64,000 nucleotides of DNA from a virus: the IMG/VR virus record IMGVR_UViG_3300008050_000037, positions 5,193 through 69,192 of that record. One strand, 5' to 3'. The notes beneath the pieces were generated by a model. It had not been told where the DNA came from. It did no database searches and was given only the letters and a program-made list of their open reading frames with translations. A program made the translations under genes and the position numbers. Within the stretch, counting starts at the first letter, position 1. The number at the start of each line of letters is the position of its first letter. This document shows positions 54,406-64,000 of the stretch, piece by piece.

Positions 54406-55269
54406 TTACTGAGGCCAAAAAAAGTCCGCAGTAAAGGGCACCTCCATTAGTGCATCTGCACCGCAAGTGGAACAAGAAAAATCTTGTGTTAAATCTATAT
54501 TGGGACTTAATTTCTTATAAATATTTCTTAAATATCTAGAGTCTGAAGCCGGTACCACATTAATAAAACTATTAAGCTGTGTTTTATCTGTTATTCCACT
54601 CACAGAAACAATATATAGCCTCATTTGATCTGTTAGGGTTGTTTCGCCTAAACTATGTTTTCTTTTTTGTTCCATAGATTTAGTTAACCACTTTTCATCT
54701 TTTCCGCTCAAAAGACGCACCTCGACATCAACTTCCATTTTTGGCAAAGTAACAATAAATGTTCCTTTCTCTGTCTTACTAAAAGATTCTTCTTGGTCAT
54801 CCGGATAAGTGAGCCCCGCTTCACTTAGAAAAAAAGTATGTTCTCCGACAGTATTACACACTGGGCAGGATACTTTGGTTGAATATTCATCACCATATGC
54901 TATGCGCCTGGTGCTAATAATAATTGCATTTTTATCACCTACAAGCAAATCATCAACTTTTATGCGTTTATCAACAATAATGCTTTGTAATAGCCTATCA
55001 ATTGCAATACCTTTTTTTAACAAAGTTCTGGAAGTTAAAATATCTTCTTCTTTCGCCGTCATGTGGCGAACTTCAATCGATTCCTGATCACACAAAGGAT
55101 GGGAAGCGGAATAGAATTGACCCCTTGAGGGCAATTCAACAAATTCCGTTGGTACCACAAAAGTTAAGCCAGTGGAACTATTGGCTGCCGGCGGCTGTAT
55201 TGCAGCTGCCGGCGGATCGGAAACGTGAGTGCGTGCCGGGACGCGCTCATCATTATTTCTAACAGACAT
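54406..55269 (-). CDS. Baseplate hub / tail assembly chaperone (gp26-like)
   Basis: VELPSRG, MTAKEEDIL, R..AYG..Y, two CxxC, C-terminal FFWP. Confidence 0.75.
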   Translation of the reverse strand: MSVRNNDERVPARTHVSDPPAAAIQPPAANSSTGLTFVVPTEFVELPSRGQFYSASHPLCDQESIEVRHMTAKEEDILTSRTLLKKGIAIDRLLQSIIVDKRIKVDDLLVGDKNAIIISTRRIAYGDEYSTKVSCPVCNTVGEHTFFLSEAGLTYPDDQEESFSKTEKGTFIVTLPKMEVDVEVRLLSGKDEKWLTKSMEQKRKHSLGETTLTDQMRLYIVSVSGITDKTQLNSFINVVPASDSRYLRNIYKKLSPNIDLTQDFSCSTCGADALMEVPFTADFFWPQ

Positions 55270-55337
55270 TTCTACCTCTCTTATGTCTAACTTCGTCTAT
55301 TATAGTTTATTTTTAAAAAATTTTAAATATTTTTTTG

Positions 55338-55991
55338 CTAGGCGTCGTCGGCGCCGAGACCCTCGGGGGTACCAGGAGCGGCCGTCGTGCCAGCTGCGCC
55401 GATGATTTCCGGAGCAGGCATACCTGACACCGATACGTTGTCGTTATTAAGCTTTGCAAAATCATAACGTAATGTTAATGTAATTTCAGTCAAATCATCA
55501 CTAGTATAATCCAACTCGCCCCACTTTACATCTTTAATCCAGCAGTTATAAAGAATCCAAGATTCAACAGGATCATGTGTCTGGGCCTCGGGAGGGCTTC
55601 CCAGGACAGACGGCACAACTGTGCCTTGTGTGCCAATTTGATCAATTCTCACGCGTCCAAGAGCGGAGACAGCATCAGACTTATTAATAGTCAAGGTGTC
55701 AAACGCATCTTCCGGTGGTGACCAGCCACTCCATCTAATAATATTATAAATTGTAGCCGTTGCATCGGGGGTTACAGGATCAACCAATGTGACATCAATT
55801 GTTTGCCACTCCAGGCGGCCCGGGTAGTAAAACTTGTGATTTAAGTAGTCGTGGTTAATTTCTGTAATGGAAAAAGATGGTTTTGAAACTTTTTTGCATA
55901 TCCAAGTGGGGATACCGCCCAAGTATAAAAGCCATCTAAAATTTCTTTTAGGCTCCGGAACTTGTGCTGAGACGTCTGACCAAAAAGGCAT
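55338..55991 (-). CDS. Tail tube protein (gp19-like)
   Basis: PKRNFRW, KP, YPGRLEW, W.L, GELDY, LTLRYD; follows sheath gene. Confidence 0.85.
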   Translation of the reverse strand: MPFWSDVSAQVPEPKRNFRWLLYLGGIPTWICKKVSKPSFSITEINHDYLNHKFYYPGRLEWQTIDVTLVDPVTPDATATIYNIIRWSGWSPPEDAFDTLTINKSDAVSALGRVRIDQIGTQGTVVPSVLGSPPEAQTHDPVESWILYNCWIKDVKWGELDYTSDDLTEITLTLRYDFAKLNNDNVSVSGMPAPEIIGAAGTTAAPGTPEGLGADDA

Positions 55992-56064
55992 TGTATTAAT
56001 TCTCCTGTTTTTTGTAATGCTTTAAAGCATATGTTGTATTATTAACTAGTATTAATATTTTTTT

Positions 56065-59000
56065 TTAATCCTCAAAAGAAGCACCAGTTCTTGTTACCAT
56101 AAAATCAATTGCGATATATTCGATGGCGCGGGCTGGCTTCAAGAAAATCTTAGCATATAAGATGTTTCTGTCAATCAAATCAGGCGTTGTTGTAGTTTCG
56201 TCAAGAATAATTTTGTAATCCGCTAACCCTAAGCGTGTCTTGACACCCTTCAGGAAGGGATCAACTTGGCCAACAAATCTATTCCAAGTAACTTGTACGT
56301 TCTGGTCAAATAATACTCCCGCAGCCATTCTGGAGATATTCTTTTTAATGAAAATAAGAAGTCTTCTAACATTAATTCTGTCCAAAGCAGACGGTGTTAT
56401 TTGCAAAGTCTTTTGTCCAAAAACAACAATTCCTTCCGCAGGGAATGATGCAATCGGATTAATATTGGCTTCGTAAAGCTTATCTCTGTTTTTAGCAGAG
56501 AGTTTCTCCGTGACACCAATAACTGTTAATCCGGAAGATCCAGCACTCAGGCCCCCTCTATTAAAGCCCGCGGGCGCGAACCATGGTTCTGTAGACGCCT
56601 CAGAAGATGCCATCGTTCCTAAAGCCACCACCGAAGGAGGCACTTTTAAGTTGACGTCGGATGATGCATCCGTGATAAGAGCCCAGGGATAATATGTGCA
56701 GCCATAACTTGAATTGATGCTACGATCTTGCAAGTTTGCCACAACTTCTCTTACATTGCCATATCTATCGTATGTGTTGGTTTTCTTAATTTCCGGAGTG
56801 GGCACAAATACATCCGGCAAATCAATAATTGCTAAAGCATCCCCCCTCTCGGTACAAACGTCAACGAGCTTTTCTGTAAGACCGGCGTTAGTAATACCGG
56901 GCATTGTAACAATGTTAAATTCATAATCCTCCACAGAGCTAATAATATCAATTGCCTCTTCTATCGTATTATATTCATAACTAGTTTTTGAATCGCCGGC
57001 GGCGGCTAGCAAAATTTTGTTTGTGAAGGGCTCGCGCTCTGTGATGTCCAAACCATCGAAACCGCCATGCATAGGAACAATAAAACGATTGATTCCTAGT
57101 TTCTGAAGCAAGAATCGCCAGCCGCCCGGATATAGATTGCTTTCGCCGGCGGTACCATCATTGGCTAAGCCGGCCGTCTTCGCGGTGATCGATGACCCGT
57201 TGATAGTAGATGTACCAGCGCGTGAGCCAGAGATCCACAGAACGTGATTTGCGTCGTCCGGATTTGGGCTATCAGAAGTAAATGAGCCGCTAATATCATC
57301 CAATGTAAAGTAGAATGGAGATACCGTATTGCTTCCCGCAGTATGAGTTTCGTCTTTAAGGTATTGCGGAAGAGGACGAAGTAAATCTAGCGTGCTGGGT
57401 TCAAAATCTGTATTTGACGTTGTTTTACCAGAGTAAAAGCCAAAATATGCCTTCTTGGGATCACTAAACCCACCATCAGCAGAAGATGCGCGACAAGTAA
57501 TTGTCGGCCACTTGAAGGATCCGGTAAAGCCTATGGTGCCACTGATAAACGCACCGGACTTGCCGGCATATGCGATCGATTCGCCTTGCGCAAATTGCTT
57601 GGTCTCGACGGCAGCTGCCGTCGTAGTAGATCCTTCAACGTAAGGGGTGGCGGCCTCACCAAGGATTGAGAAATTATACGGGCGCGGAGGGGCTTCGAAA
57701 CCAAATGGTAGCAAAGCCGGATCCATGCCTGATTCATCTAATTCTTGATTCATTTCAACACGAAGATACTGAGATTTATTACGATATGCGCCATATGTTC
57801 TCAGGCGACGCTGGGTTGTATCAAATCTTGTAAATTGATCTCCCAATCTAGCTGCAAGGTAATTTCTTGAAGCAGGGTTTAAACTAAGCCCACTGTAACG
57901 TTCCACAACTTGTTGTTCTTGATCGTGATCCCTAAGTCGGCGGATAACAACCGTAAAGGTGCCAAAAGGATTGTTATCATTAGTCGATGGCATAATATCC
58001 TCAATTGCAACTTTTAGATTATGCATATCCCATTGGCCGGCCTGGTGTGAAACAAAGCGGAAAAGTTGTTGACAATCAGCAGGTTTCATAGATCCTGTTG
58101 GACCCATATGTTGACTAAAAATCCAAGGAGATTTGGCCGGCTGAGCGTCCATTCTCATATTAGCCCATTGCTCGTCGGCGCCACCGCCGGACGACTTTGC
58201 CAGGCCCAACACAACACCAAAAATATCACCCTCTTGAGAACCAGCGCTGGCTAAAACATGTGTTTCGACAGCTTTTTCGTATGTTTCACCTAGCCAATAA
58301 TTTTTAGAATTTGTTGTAATAAGGGAATTAATCAATGTTGGATTTGTATCAAAAACTTTTCGAATGTGTTTTGAAGATCCATCGGCAAAATCAAAGGTAA
58401 CTGACTTTGTAACTTCTCCGGCATTATCGCGGATGTCGAGGACAAAGCGCGCATTGGGGCCGGCAGATTTAATCATATTTGAATTGGAAGAAGTTACAAA
58501 TGACTCCCCTAGTGTAGTTTCAACGCCCAAGATGAAGACTTTTTCATCGAGAGTATCCCCATATCCCTGCACTGTCCACGCAGCGTGAGTCGGCGTAGGA
58601 ACAACTGAAAGAGTCGCGCTATTTCCTGCGTTGCCGACGTCAGCGTTGTTTGTGACAGTGACTATATCACCCGCTCGAACCGCAGACCAATTAGCATGCG
58701 CGTGAATAGCATCCTTCAAGTTCTCGGCAGTCAAAGTATCAGCAGTTGCTTCAGTAAGGTGCGGGTTGACGAGAAAGCCGTAACTGCCTGTTCCATTCGC
58801 AGTAAACTCACTTATATCACCACCTTCAGTCTTAAGACGCACCCGGGAAGCACCGGTGCTAGTACCGCTAGTGACATCGGCATCAGTCATGATGCCACCA
58901 CCTGCTAACTGTATAGTTGGAGTTACTGACCAAGTATCACCGGTGGGGCCGCCATACCACCCGTAGTTATTGGCATAATCAGCAACGCCGGAACCCTGAG

Positions 59001-60153
59001 AGCCTCTAGCTTGAATTTTTACGCCGTCAGTGTTAACAACAGACGCCACCAGAGGAGTTGTTGTTAGGCCGCCGGAGTCTCCGCCGGCGGTGTCATCATT
59101 CGTGCCGGCTGTGCCGCCCAGCTGCCATGAAGCTCCAAAGGTAAATTCTTCGGTCGTGCCGGCCTCGCCGCCGCCTGTAGAATAGCCGGTATCACGCTTT
59201 AAGGCCTGAACGATACGATTAGCCAAAGTGGCCGCGGCGGTCAAATCTCCGCCGTCGGAACCTCTACAAGAAATACGACACTCATGAGCGCCAACCGAAC
59301 CAAGGACGCCGGCGGATGTACTCGTCGCGTCGGCGTTATCGATTATAGTAATAGTATGATTCTGAAGTGCTGCCCCGGCCCCGTCTAAGAATTCCGTGTT
59401 ATCAGAAAAGTCAAGAATAATTTGCTGACCGTCTAATACAGTTCTATCTAATGATCTTATAAAGATACCTTTGTTGAGGGTGTTCTCTCCATCAGAGAGA
59501 ATAGCGCCGTCGCCGGTGGCCAAGTCATCTCTGGTATCGAGTGCAAGAGTGCCGGTTGCTGCAGTGCCTCCGATACCGGGTGAGCCGCGAGTCGAACCCG
59601 ATAGGGTAACAGAGCCCTCTGCAACATACCAAACAGCAGCCAGTGTGCCAGTTGTCGGGAAGGCCGTGACGATACCATTTAGCGGGTCGTCGGTGCTAGC
59701 GGAAGGAACAAGCCAGAGTCCATATGCGCCGCCGCCAGTATCTGAAGCAGAAACTGTCTTCATTGAGCCTTTCGTGGCGCCATCCCAAGTCCACCAACCG
59801 GCTCGGGCTGAGTCAGTTGCCACAGAAGCATGAGCTTTGCCAACTAATCGCATAAATGTCAGAGGAGAATTGTTTGCCAGCCAAGCCTGTGCTGCATATG
59901 CTGCATATGTAGGCGCAGCGGATCCATCAGTGGAGCGCCAAATATCCTTTCCAGGGACGCCGGGATTAGGCGAGCCAAATATTTGTATAAATTCAGAATA
60001 TGATGATACCTGTACTGGTCTATTGCCCGGGCCTCTCGTAGAGCGACCTATGACCAAAGGCCCAACCCCGACGGCTGCCTTTGGAATTTGTGATTTGTCT
60101 ATTTCATTTAGAAAAACACCTGGTGAAACAAATTTAAACTTTTTGACTGACAT
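56065..60153 (-). CDS. Contractile tail sheath protein with large insertions
   Basis: SPGVFLNEID, YYPW, VPPS, WFAPAGFNRG, NINPI, FGQKTLQ, DRINVRRL. Confidence 0.93.
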   Translation of the reverse strand: MSVKKFKFVSPGVFLNEIDKSQIPKAAVGVGPLVIGRSTRGPGNRPVQVSSYSEFIQIFGSPNPGVPGKDIWRSTDGSAAPTYAAYAAQAWLANNSPLTFMRLVGKAHASVATDSARAGWWTWDGATKGSMKTVSASDTGGGAYGLWLVPSASTDDPLNGIVTAFPTTGTLAAVWYVAEGSVTLSGSTRGSPGIGGTAATGTLALDTRDDLATGDGAILSDGENTLNKGIFIRSLDRTVLDGQQIILDFSDNTEFLDGAGAALQNHTITIIDNADATSTSAGVLGSVGAHECRISCRGSDGGDLTAAATLANRIVQALKRDTGYSTGGGEAGTTEEFTFGASWQLGGTAGTNDDTAGGDSGGLTTTPLVASVVNTDGVKIQARGSQGSGVADYANNYGWYGGPTGDTWSVTPTIQLAGGGIMTDADVTSGTSTGASRVRLKTEGGDISEFTANGTGSYGFLVNPHLTEATADTLTAENLKDAIHAHANWSAVRAGDIVTVTNNADVGNAGNSATLSVVPTPTHAAWTVQGYGDTLDEKVFILGVETTLGESFVTSSNSNMIKSAGPNARFVLDIRDNAGEVTKSVTFDFADGSSKHIRKVFDTNPTLINSLITTNSKNYWLGETYEKAVETHVLASAGSQEGDIFGVVLGLAKSSGGGADEQWANMRMDAQPAKSPWIFSQHMGPTGSMKPADCQQLFRFVSHQAGQWDMHNLKVAIEDIMPSTNDNNPFGTFTVVIRRLRDHDQEQQVVERYSGLSLNPASRNYLAARLGDQFTRFDTTQRRLRTYGAYRNKSQYLRVEMNQELDESGMDPALLPFGFEAPPRPYNFSILGEAATPYVEGSTTTAAAVETKQFAQGESIAYAGKSGAFISGTIGFTGSFKWPTITCRASSADGGFSDPKKAYFGFYSGKTTSNTDFEPSTLDLLRPLPQYLKDETHTAGSNTVSPFYFTLDDISGSFTSDSPNPDDANHVLWISGSRAGTSTINGSSITAKTAGLANDGTAGESNLYPGGWRFLLQKLGINRFIVPMHGGFDGLDITEREPFTNKILLAAAGDSKTSYEYNTIEEAIDIISSVEDYEFNIVTMPGITNAGLTEKLVDVCTERGDALAIIDLPDVFVPTPEIKKTNTYDRYGNVREVVANLQDRSINSSYGCTYYPWALITDASSDVNLKVPPSVVALGTMASSEASTEPWFAPAGFNRGGLSAGSSGLTVIGVTEKLSAKNRDKLYEANINPIASFPAEGIVVFGQKTLQITPSALDRINVRRLLIFIKKNISRMAAGVLFDQNVQVTWNRFVGQVDPFLKGVKTRLGLADYKIILDETTTTPDLIDRNILYAKIFLKPARAIEYIAIDFMVTRTGASFED

Positions 60154-60219
60154 TGCTTAGCCTCCTTACATATAAAATTAGTTTTGTATAAGCTTGTTGC
60201 TAATATTATAATTCTTTAA

Positions 60220-60228
60220 TAAATAGTA
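60220..60228 (-). promoter_or_regulatory. Candidate late-promoter motif TACTATTTA
   Basis: Identical copies at 21988-21996, 44335-44343, 54170-54178; variants at 56043-56051 and 62975-62983. Confidence 0.6.
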
Positions 60229-60261
60229 ACATTTAAATCCAAACTCCATAAGAGTTCTAAA

Positions 60262-61164
60262 TTAATCTCTGAATTGTTTATCGCTTTCCAAGTTCTGTGT
60301 TGTCCCCGGAATGTCGCCCATTACCACTCTTTCTCTTCCTATTTTTACATCAACAAAGTTTTCTTTAACAATAATTTTAGAACCCTCTTGATTTTTACCT
60401 GTGCCGATGATATAACCCAAAACTTTTATATCAACTTTTGTTTCGTACTTTCTTTCCCCTTCTTCTAAATTAGAAATATTATTCTCTACGGAAAAATCTT
60501 GCTGTACAAACGCCTCATATCTATGATTATTGCGAGCTAGAGTAGCGTAATTAATGTGGCTGCCTATGCGTATAAACGGCTCAATCATTTCATTTATTTG
60601 TTGTTGATATTCCGCTCTTAAAGTAACAGAGTACAGCAATTCGATATATGTTGGAGCAGGTATTGTATACGTCTGATATACGACTTTTTTATTTTTTGAT
60701 ACTTTATTGCCGGCACCAATTGTTGGAAAATTATCTTGTTTATTGAGTCGATAAGAATCAGCATTTGCAAATTTCTGAGTTTTTTCTTGATTTATTCTTC
60801 TTGCAATTGTGATGGCTCCGCCTCTTTCGTTTGTTAGCGCATTTCCAAAAATACCACCTTTCCTTGATAAATCTTTTGTTATTGAACTCCTTTCAATGGT
60901 GATGGCCGGCAAAGTAAAAACTCCTTCAATATTTCTAAAATCTTTATTGTGTTTGATTTGGAAGGCGCGCTCGGGTGTGACCCAGATAACAGGAGTTTCT
61001 TTCCACCCCTTGTTGGTTGTGGTGAATATATTTAAACCATCGATGTAGTCGTACAAAGCGAAATCAATATTTTCAATATTCGCTGGCTGTATATGTATCT
61101 CTTTAATTACCGAAGGGTCTTCCAAGCCAGTACGTACAGACTTTTGTTTATCATCAACTGGCAT
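60262..61164 (-). CDS. Putative tail terminator / sheath stabiliser (gp15-like)
   Basis: Between neck and sheath genes; PVIW..PER, LPAITIER pattern. Confidence 0.6.
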   Translation of the reverse strand: MPVDDKQKSVRTGLEDPSVIKEIHIQPANIENIDFALYDYIDGLNIFTTTNKGWKETPVIWVTPERAFQIKHNKDFRNIEGVFTLPAITIERSSITKDLSRKGGIFGNALTNERGGAITIARRINQEKTQKFANADSYRLNKQDNFPTIGAGNKVSKNKKVVYQTYTIPAPTYIELLYSVTLRAEYQQQINEMIEPFIRIGSHINYATLARNNHRYEAFVQQDFSVENNISNLEEGERKYETKVDIKVLGYIIGTGKNQEGSKIIVKENFVDVKIGRERVVMGDIPGTTQNLESDKQFRD

Positions 61165-61648
61165 CGAACAAACCCTCTCTGGATCTAATACACTTCGCTG
61201 TTACTTCAAATCGATGATCAATTTGGCCAAATAGTTGTTTTTGTTCCTGCAGAGAAACTATTTGATAATAAAGACTACCGTACAAAACAAAATCGCCTTC
61301 GCGAACAAATAAATTTTGATCTTCAGTTAAACGTCTTTTATGAAAATGAACAGTCATATTAGTATCTTTGTCTAAACCATATTTATCTGTACTGGTTTGT
61401 ATGCCTTCCCATTCTATTAGTGCATAAACACGAATAGGTGGTAAAAATGTCTTTTCAATTGCTTCACCATATAAAGAATGAAAATCAGTATGTTTTGTGC
61501 TTATCGGATAATATAAAACCTGCTGTCCTATTACTCTCTCAATAAGTTCATCATTTACCTGCTTAACTAAATCACGTTCTTTCTTGCCTAAAAATAAAGG
61601 CGGCGGCGGCGCGGCCGGCTGAGACCATTTTTTTGAATCATCTGGCAT
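61154..61648 (-). CDS. Neck / head closure protein (gp14-like)
   Basis: GQQVLYY, LYGE, EGDFVLY. Confidence 0.7.
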   Translation of the reverse strand: MPDDSKKWSQPAAPPPPLFLGKKERDLVKQVNDELIERVIGQQVLYYPISTKHTDFHSLYGEAIEKTFLPPIRVYALIEWEGIQTSTDKYGLDKDTNMTVHFHKRRLTEDQNLFVREGDFVLYGSLYYQIVSLQEQKQLFGQIDHRFEVTAKCIRSREGLFDAS

Positions 61649-61659
61649 ATTTCACCCCT

Positions 61660-62952
61660 TTAACCAACGAAAACGCCGGCCGGTACATTTTTGAAAGCTT
61701 CGTTTGTATTGCTTATCATCTTAGATTCAGTTTCAACCAACTTATCATAAGTCATTTCGCTCAATATCGTCTTTAGTTCTTCTCTTAATTTTTCTTGCTC
61801 TTCTTTCGCTTGTGATAATAAGTCTGAAGCGTTAAGGGTGACTGATTCTCCAGGAATTGGAATGGTGGCAAATTTTCCTCTGATTTGGCCTAGCATTTCT
61901 TTTGCCAATGATAATCCAAATCTTCTTATCCACTGTTTGCCTATACTATTAATATTCCTATAGGGCAAATTGGCAAACGGAAGGGTGTTTAAGTTGTTAA
62001 CCCCGTCCAATCCTGTTTCGCTGGTGGAACTTTCTATCCAAACATCTTCTTGAACGGTAAAGCGAACCCAAAATCTTTGTGGAGTGGTGGTGGTGGGAAC
62101 AGGATGTAATCTTAAAAGGTTATTTCTTAGTTCAAATGAATAATGTGAATTTCTTGTGTATATAGCATCTTCATAGGCCATGGCTTGCAACTTGTTTTGC
62201 CATGGGGGGATAACTTCAAACGTAGAATCATCCGCGAACATACCATATGTAGACAAGTTACCCACTGAATTCATCCCGCCATAATATCCATAGAATCTCC
62301 ACATTGCGTGAGGAGTTTTAAAATAAACTTGCTTAATTGTAACTTTCTTATTACCCACCAGATTATAATACGCAGAATCAGACTCTAAACTAGCTACTTT
62401 AATCAACGCTTGCAAATCATATTCTTGTTGTTTGTCGCCGGTGGCGAATGAAGCAGAATATTCAGTCGTCAGGCCGCCAGCAGATACTTCTTCTGACATA
62501 CGATCGCCAATTCTTCTTGCATATGCGAAATTAAATTTTGGAAATTTAAGAGCCGCTGGCGATTTGCCCTCCAGGCTTGCTGAAAGAGGGCCGGTCAAAT
62601 GACCATCATGATCAAAAGTACCAGTTGCGGCGCCTAGGACATTTGTTAATACGCTCTTGCCTTGATAAATATTAATAATATATGAATATTCTAATACCGC
62701 CTCTTCATAGGCAGCATATATATTCTCTTCCGTTAGTTCTACATCTAAAACATCACCGCCAAGTTTTTTATATGTATAGGCAACTTGATCTAGTGCGCCA
62801 GATATAAAATTTGTATCATAAAGGTCACTTCCAACATCAGCATACATACCAAAGGGATATGATGTGGTTGCTTGTGCTCTAGATTCTGTTCCGGTAACCG
62901 GAAGCGTGATCGCACTTACCTGACTGGCTGGAGTTAACGTTGGTACGGCCAT
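61660..62952 (-). CDS. Neck protein (gp13-like)
   Basis: KLGGDVLDVEL, WIRRF.L..AKE.LG.IRGKF, VTLN. Confidence 0.75.
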   Translation of the reverse strand: MAVPTLTPASQVSAITLPVTGTESRAQATTSYPFGMYADVGSDLYDTNFISGALDQVAYTYKKLGGDVLDVELTEENIYAAYEEAVLEYSYIINIYQGKSVLTNVLGAATGTFDHDGHLTGPLSASLEGKSPAALKFPKFNFAYARRIGDRMSEEVSAGGLTTEYSASFATGDKQQEYDLQALIKVASLESDSAYYNLVGNKKVTIKQVYFKTPHAMWRFYGYYGGMNSVGNLSTYGMFADDSTFEVIPPWQNKLQAMAYEDAIYTRNSHYSFELRNNLLRLHPVPTTTTPQRFWVRFTVQEDVWIESSTSETGLDGVNNLNTLPFANLPYRNINSIGKQWIRRFGLSLAKEMLGQIRGKFATIPIPGESVTLNASDLLSQAKEEQEKLREELKTILSEMTYDKLVETESKMISNTNEAFKNVPAGVFVG

Positions 62953-62990
62953 TCATGATGCCTCCTTTATGTTGTAATTAGTATTCGAAT

Positions 62991-63030
62991 AAAAGAAAAC
63001 CCCGCCTCAATTGAAAAACTGAAGCGGGGC
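62991..63030 (-). terminator. Rho-independent terminator after major capsid gene
   Basis: CCCCGCTTCA...TGAGGCGGGG followed by TTTTCTTTT. Confidence 0.8.
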
Positions 63031-63055
63031 TTCTTAAGCCTATGGTTTTATTTTA

Positions 63056-64000
63056 TTAACCTAGCATATGTTGTACAACAACGAGGCCGTACATATCAGG
63101 TCGAACCATCTTCTTAGCGTAACGAGTCATCACGCCCTTACGGGGCACGAAGTCCTCGGTACCGAAGATCGTCGGGGTGACCTGTAGCGGGACATAAGGA
63201 GAGTATACGTAGCCACTTTCGAGGAAGCTACCACCCTTACGGCCAACTAGAACCAAGTTACGCGGGAAGTAGGGATCAACCCAGACATCCCATTTCTTGG
63301 AAATACTACCTGCCTTTACGGCACCAACAGTACCCTTGTCAGAGTCTGCCGTGACGTCAGCACGGAACCCAGCAGTAAACTCAAGGATGTTCGCAACCTC
63401 CGGTGAAGTAACCAGGAAGTTAGCACCACCACGAAGAGTCTTTCTGTGGATCTGCGCCGAAATGTCATTAATGGTCTCGACAAGGGTCTCATACCATTCA
63501 GAAACATTACCGGTAAAGTCAGCACCAAGCAAGTTATCAGCATCATCAATACCACCAGTTGCCCAATCTTCGACCACAGTACCGTTCGAACGATTGACGA
63601 ATCGACCAGGACGACGCGACCAGTGATAAGTACCAGCAGTAGCACCCTTGACCAGATCCTCAAGAATCTCACGATCAATTTCTAGAGCAATCTGCTCAGA
63701 AAGAATGCTAGTAAGCTCGACTTCGGCATCCAAGTTGTGGTAGGCATTGAGATCCTGTCCCAATTCCGGAGTCCACTTGGCTTTGAGCTTCTTGGTGACA
63801 GCGGTGACACTTATCGAGTCGACCTTGATGTCGATCTCGGGAATGTCAGTCGTGACGTCACTAAAAACGCCGCTAACCGTGGTACCATCAGACTCTAAGA
63901 GCCACTCAGTTCCGCCAACAACGGCTCCAATGGCATGATCGCCAGAAACCGCACTGAATGCATCAGCCGTTGGATATTCAAAACCCAGAGTTGAAACGCC
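63056..64000 (-). CDS. Major capsid protein (gp23-like), N-terminus outside window
   Basis: TKKLKAKWTPELGQDL, EIDREI, YSPYVPL, PRKGVMTRY; frame stays open upstream of the ORF-track start. Confidence 0.93.
   Translation of the reverse strand, partial: GVSTLGFEYPTADAFSAVSGDHAIGAVVGGTEWLLESDGTTVSGVFSDVTTDIPEIDIKVDSISVTAVTKKLKAKWTPELGQDLNAYHNLDAEVELTSILSEQIALEIDREILEDLVKGATAGTYHWSRRPGRFVNRSNGTVVEDWATGGIDDADNLLGADFTGNVSEWYETLVETINDISAQIHRKTLRGGANFLVTSPEVANILEFTAGFRADVTADSDKGTVGAVKAGSISKKWDVWVDPYFPRNLVLVGRKGGSFLESGYVYSPYVPLQVTPTIFGTEDFVPRKGVMTRYAKKMVRPDMYGLVVVQHMLG

Noticed and set aside
54242-54475. 77-aa ORF in the -1 frame after the tail chaperone
   Set aside because: No recognisable motif; the other frame (54219-54398) carries the chaperone-like sequence and ends just before the terminator
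282-63938. Plus-strand ORFs in the ORF track (e.g. 10901-11380, 18715-19329, 21322-21822, 51055-51522)
   Set aside because: All lie antisense to well-supported minus-strand genes and show no recognisable motifs; treated as shadow ORFs
1-64000. Bacterial chromosome or integrated prophage
   Set aside because: Host-like genes are interleaved with T4-like virion and replication genes on one strand with shared regulatory motifs; no integrase, att site or rRNA/ribosomal operon
1-64000. Alternative genetic code (stop codon reassignment)
   Set aside because: Long conserved genes are intact under the standard code, and TAA, TAG and TGA all end genes at expected positions

Overview
The window is a 64-kb segment of a large (jumbo-type) T4-like myophage genome, with essentially all real genes on the minus strand. 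Read in transcription order (right to left) it holds: (i) a virion module (major capsid C-terminal part, neck, tail terminator, 1362-aa sheath, tube, tail chaperone, tape measure, baseplate); (ii) a replication and nucleotide module (PolA-like domain, tubulin/FtsZ-like protein, SSB, RecA, 5'-3' exonuclease, DnaB-like helicase, class II RNR, ThyX, DnaE, dUTPase, GuaB, PurA, a methyltransferase/endonuclease pair); (iii) host-like proteostasis genes (DnaK, GroEL, GroES-like, ClpP-like, SlyD, Def, glutaredoxin) and two tRNAs (Lys-CUU, Ile-UAU); (iv) an accessory region at 1-8.6 kb. The most striking feature is at about 1.9-6.6 kb: roughly 25 tandem 51-101 aa ORFs, 23 beginning with an MKVGDLV-like motif. 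They are joined by a conserved dual-frame junction (GGAGGT-N5-RTGAAAGTCGGTGA) encoding the Shine-Dalgarno, the downstream start and the upstream SESR-stop, with an exact 14-nt overlap at 19 junctions. The array contains an empty duplicated junction and unrelated cargo genes using the same geometry, suggesting a modular, recombination-shuffled cassette library of small SH3/KOW-like domains. Other signals: sigma70-like promoters with an invariant 16-bp spacer (three apparently leaderless), a candidate late-promoter motif ACTA(T/A/G)TTA, a candidate +1/-2 frameshift in the tail chaperone, and shared N-terminal motifs in putative internal head proteins. All annotations come from motif recognition by eye; no database search was run.
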